The position numbers were made by a program, and so were the translations under genes. A stretch of 64,000 nt of DNA from assembly GCA_905178155.1 (NCBI GenBank), contig CAJINV010000011.1, positions 2,528,485-2,592,484 on the forward strand, written 5' to 3'. The DNA is from Amoebophrya sp. A120 (lineage: Eukaryota; Protista; Dinoflagellata). The first letter of the stretch is position 1; each line of letters begins with the position of its first letter. The notes beneath the pieces were generated by a model that had not been told where the DNA came from, did no database searches, and saw only the letters and a list, made by a program, of their open reading frames with translations. Positions 61,801-64,000 of the stretch are shown piece by piece.

Positions 61801-62112
61801 CCATTTTGGTGCGGGAAAGTGGTTGGTTGACAGAGGGCGCTGCACGGATTCCTCGTGTTGGTCGCGTGTTTCGTAGTACCCGAGCAGCTTGTCGCGTAGT
61901 AGCTCGAGATGCGACCGCAACACGCGAAGCTCTACGTCGTGCAGAGTTGTTGCGTTTTGTCCTGGGTCCCCGGACACATCTCCAGATTTTGCCGCTAATG
62001 GTAGTGCTTCTTGTAAAAAAGCATGAGCAGCTTCTTGGAAAATAACCGGAAAGGAGCAGCAAGTTGCTACGTGAGCAAGTCGAAGAGAAACAAAACGCGC
62101 GGGCGTGGCCAT
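58848..62112 (-). CDS. Hypothetical type-I membrane protein, 3 exons
   Basis: N-terminal leader; C-terminal TM IFSIILIAAGTFVYM; FHHL|GVRDRYVAVL|GNGT joins across two introners. Confidence 0.7.
60149..60302. mobile_element. Introner family B
   Basis: TSD CAGAA; TATGAATTGCAAAAGTA ... TACTTTTGCACAGGATA. Confidence 0.92.
60339..60601. mobile_element. Introner family C
   Basis: TSD AGGTG; TIR TATCAAATGCAAAAGTGTCTG. Confidence 0.92.
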
Positions 62113-62381
62113 CTTGATCTTGGTTGGTCTGCTCGTTCTCGTGTTATCTTCGCCTCTACATGTTGCTACGGCTCTACGTGTGGACTTCAATCTGGGTGGT
62201 CCAGCTCCTACTTCTCGATCAGACAGTCACTCGTCGCCCTTCCCTCTGCTTGGACCTGCAGCGCTGGATCATCGAACACCAATCACGCGGGAGGGCGAGT
62301 GATTTACATCCACCGTCGGTGAAGCACAACTCCGACTTTGATGATCTTAAGCGACACGGCTCCTGCGACGTTTCTTGTCTT

Positions 62382-63709
62382 TTATTGTTCCATGAAGTAC
62401 CGTTGCCACATCATGGGACAGAGCATTTCTAGCTCGGTCACGCTGCTACTCCAGTATATCCTCCCAGCGGATCCAAACATCAGCACAAACAACACCACCG
62501 ACGCCCAAGCGCGCTGCTTTTTCGTCGGCGCCACCATCTGCTGCGGATTGTTCGCGTCAAAGAGTCGTTGGTCGGACAAAGGGGTGAACCGAATACTGGT
62601 GTGTTTCTGCAACACGCAGCCCAGGCACATACCCCCAAGGAACCCGCCGAGATGCCCGTAGTGGTCGATTGTGCTCCAGTTCAGGATTTCCCAGGCGGCC
62701 AGCATGCCCACCACCCGCATCCAATGCTCGTGTAATCTCGTCTTCAGCTGCATGTCCTCAATGTGCGGCCACTCGACGACGAATAACCGGCCAACTTGCA
62801 CGCCAATCAAGCCGTAGCAGCTCGTGCTCGCCCCTACCCCGTTCACGCCGAACGCGTCGGAGAGTAGGTTGCCGGAAATCCCAGTGACTAAAAACACGAT
62901 GAAGAATTTCACCGGCCCAAATTCCGCTTCCGTCGTCGTGCCCTCGGAGAATTGGAAGTAGAGGCTCATGAGAATGTGGGGGATGTTGCCGTGCAGAAAA
63001 ATCGGCACAATCATTCGCCGGAGCTCGATCCAGTACTTGTCCTGCAACACGTAGGCGCACTGCTCCATCGTGCGGTCCGAGGAGCCGAGCTTCCAGTTCG
63101 CGAGCGGTTCGGGTATTGTAAGGAAAAATCCCCCCACCCCATATCGAAAAGAAAATTTGTCATGCTGATTTGTGACCACAAATCACCTTTGTCTTGCGTA
63201 CAAGGCAAACGGCACCCATGTGGCGCATGGTACAGCGAGTCTGTCATGCGTTTTCGCCCATGTCAGACTTGTTTCTCATGCTCAGCTGCTAGCCGGATGC
63301 GTACCCAAATGGGCTTAGAATATGCCGACAAGCTCTTGCTGCAACACAAAGTTCATTTGTGTACACAAATCCAGCAACACAAATTGTCTCTTTGATATGG
63401 GGTCGTGGGGGCTTTTTTCACTTTGATATCGGGGGTGATGTACCCCCGGGGGGTGATCACGAGGCAGGCAATCAGAAAAATTACGCATTCGAGCACGATG
63501 CAGACGCCCTGGACGCTTCGCCACCGCAAATGGGGAAAGTGGCGTTTCAGAAACCCGGGGGGTTGGTCTGGCTGGAGGGCTCCGTTTTGCTCTGCGAGGA
63601 CCTGGTCGCGGAAAGCGACGGAGCGGGCGCCGGATTGTTGGTCGGCTGGCTCCATCAGTTGCTGGGTGCGGCCTTGGTCGGCTCCTGATCGGGAGAAGCG
63701 GTTACCCAT
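62382..63709 (-). CDS. Rhomboid-family intramembrane serine protease
   Basis: IFLHGNIPHI, GISGNLLS, catalytic GASTS, DHYGHLGGFLGG; ITP|EPLAN joins across an introner. Confidence 0.92.
63114..63428. mobile_element. Introner-like insert
   Basis: TSD TCGGG; about 55-bp imperfect TIR TATTGTAAGGAAAAATCCCCCCACCCCATATCGAAAAGAAAATTTGT. Confidence 0.88.
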
Positions 63710-64000
63710 TTTGAAGTTCAGTGGGGGGCTGTGAGTCGGGGGCACTAGATGAAAGAAGCATAGTATCTAAAACTCTCACCGTAGAGTCGAGCTGATCTCG
63801 TATGATCACAACCTGCACCGCCAGCACCTGCTAGTACGTGTACGAAAAAAAACAATCATAGTTTTGCGCAGGAAAAGATTCGTTTCAACTTCACGTTCTG
63901 TACTTCAGCTCTCAGAACTCCCTCGTGGAAAGAAAAAATCTAGCAGCGGAACAAGTGTCGGTGCTGGAAGATCCACTACAGTTTGACGAGCTCGGGCACC

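Noticed and set aside
63142-63398. Nested second introner (inner TATC...GATA)
   Set aside because: Its flanks are inverted rather than direct repeats, so it is part of the outer TIR.

Overview
Gene-dense eukaryotic (protist) genomic DNA with two 100-nt-scale N gaps. Unidirectional gene blocks, GKGKGK-rich proteins and abundant non-canonical repeat-bounded introns point to a syndinian dinoflagellate such as Amoebophrya (inference). Genes run on + from 1 to about 14.8 kb: a HECT ligase 3' end, two hypothetical genes and a very large multi-exon orphan. They run on - from 19.3 to 63.7 kb: YTH m6A reader, a >3000-aa orphan, tail-anchored TPR protein, tandem-Nudix protein, CaaX membrane protein, SH3-like/Ig-like protein, eIF5A, Csl4, ATAD3, a membrane protein and a rhomboid. 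The dominant signal is about 20 transposon-like inserts (120-770 bp) inside coding sequence. They share one geometry: TAY...RTA ends, terminal inverted repeats (TIRs), a 5-bp target-site duplication (TSD) and an internal GCATGACAAA motif. Removing element + 5 nt restores the reading frame in every case checked by hand. Most lack GT-AG, and two families occur in both orientations relative to the host transcript, suggesting structure-guided, orientation-independent removal. A gradient from intact elements through TA...AG introns to GTAY...AG introns suggests ongoing conversion to canonical introns. Large GC-rich fold-back or satellite-containing repeats sit in introns and at the strand switch. 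All gene models were read manually and lack transcript support.
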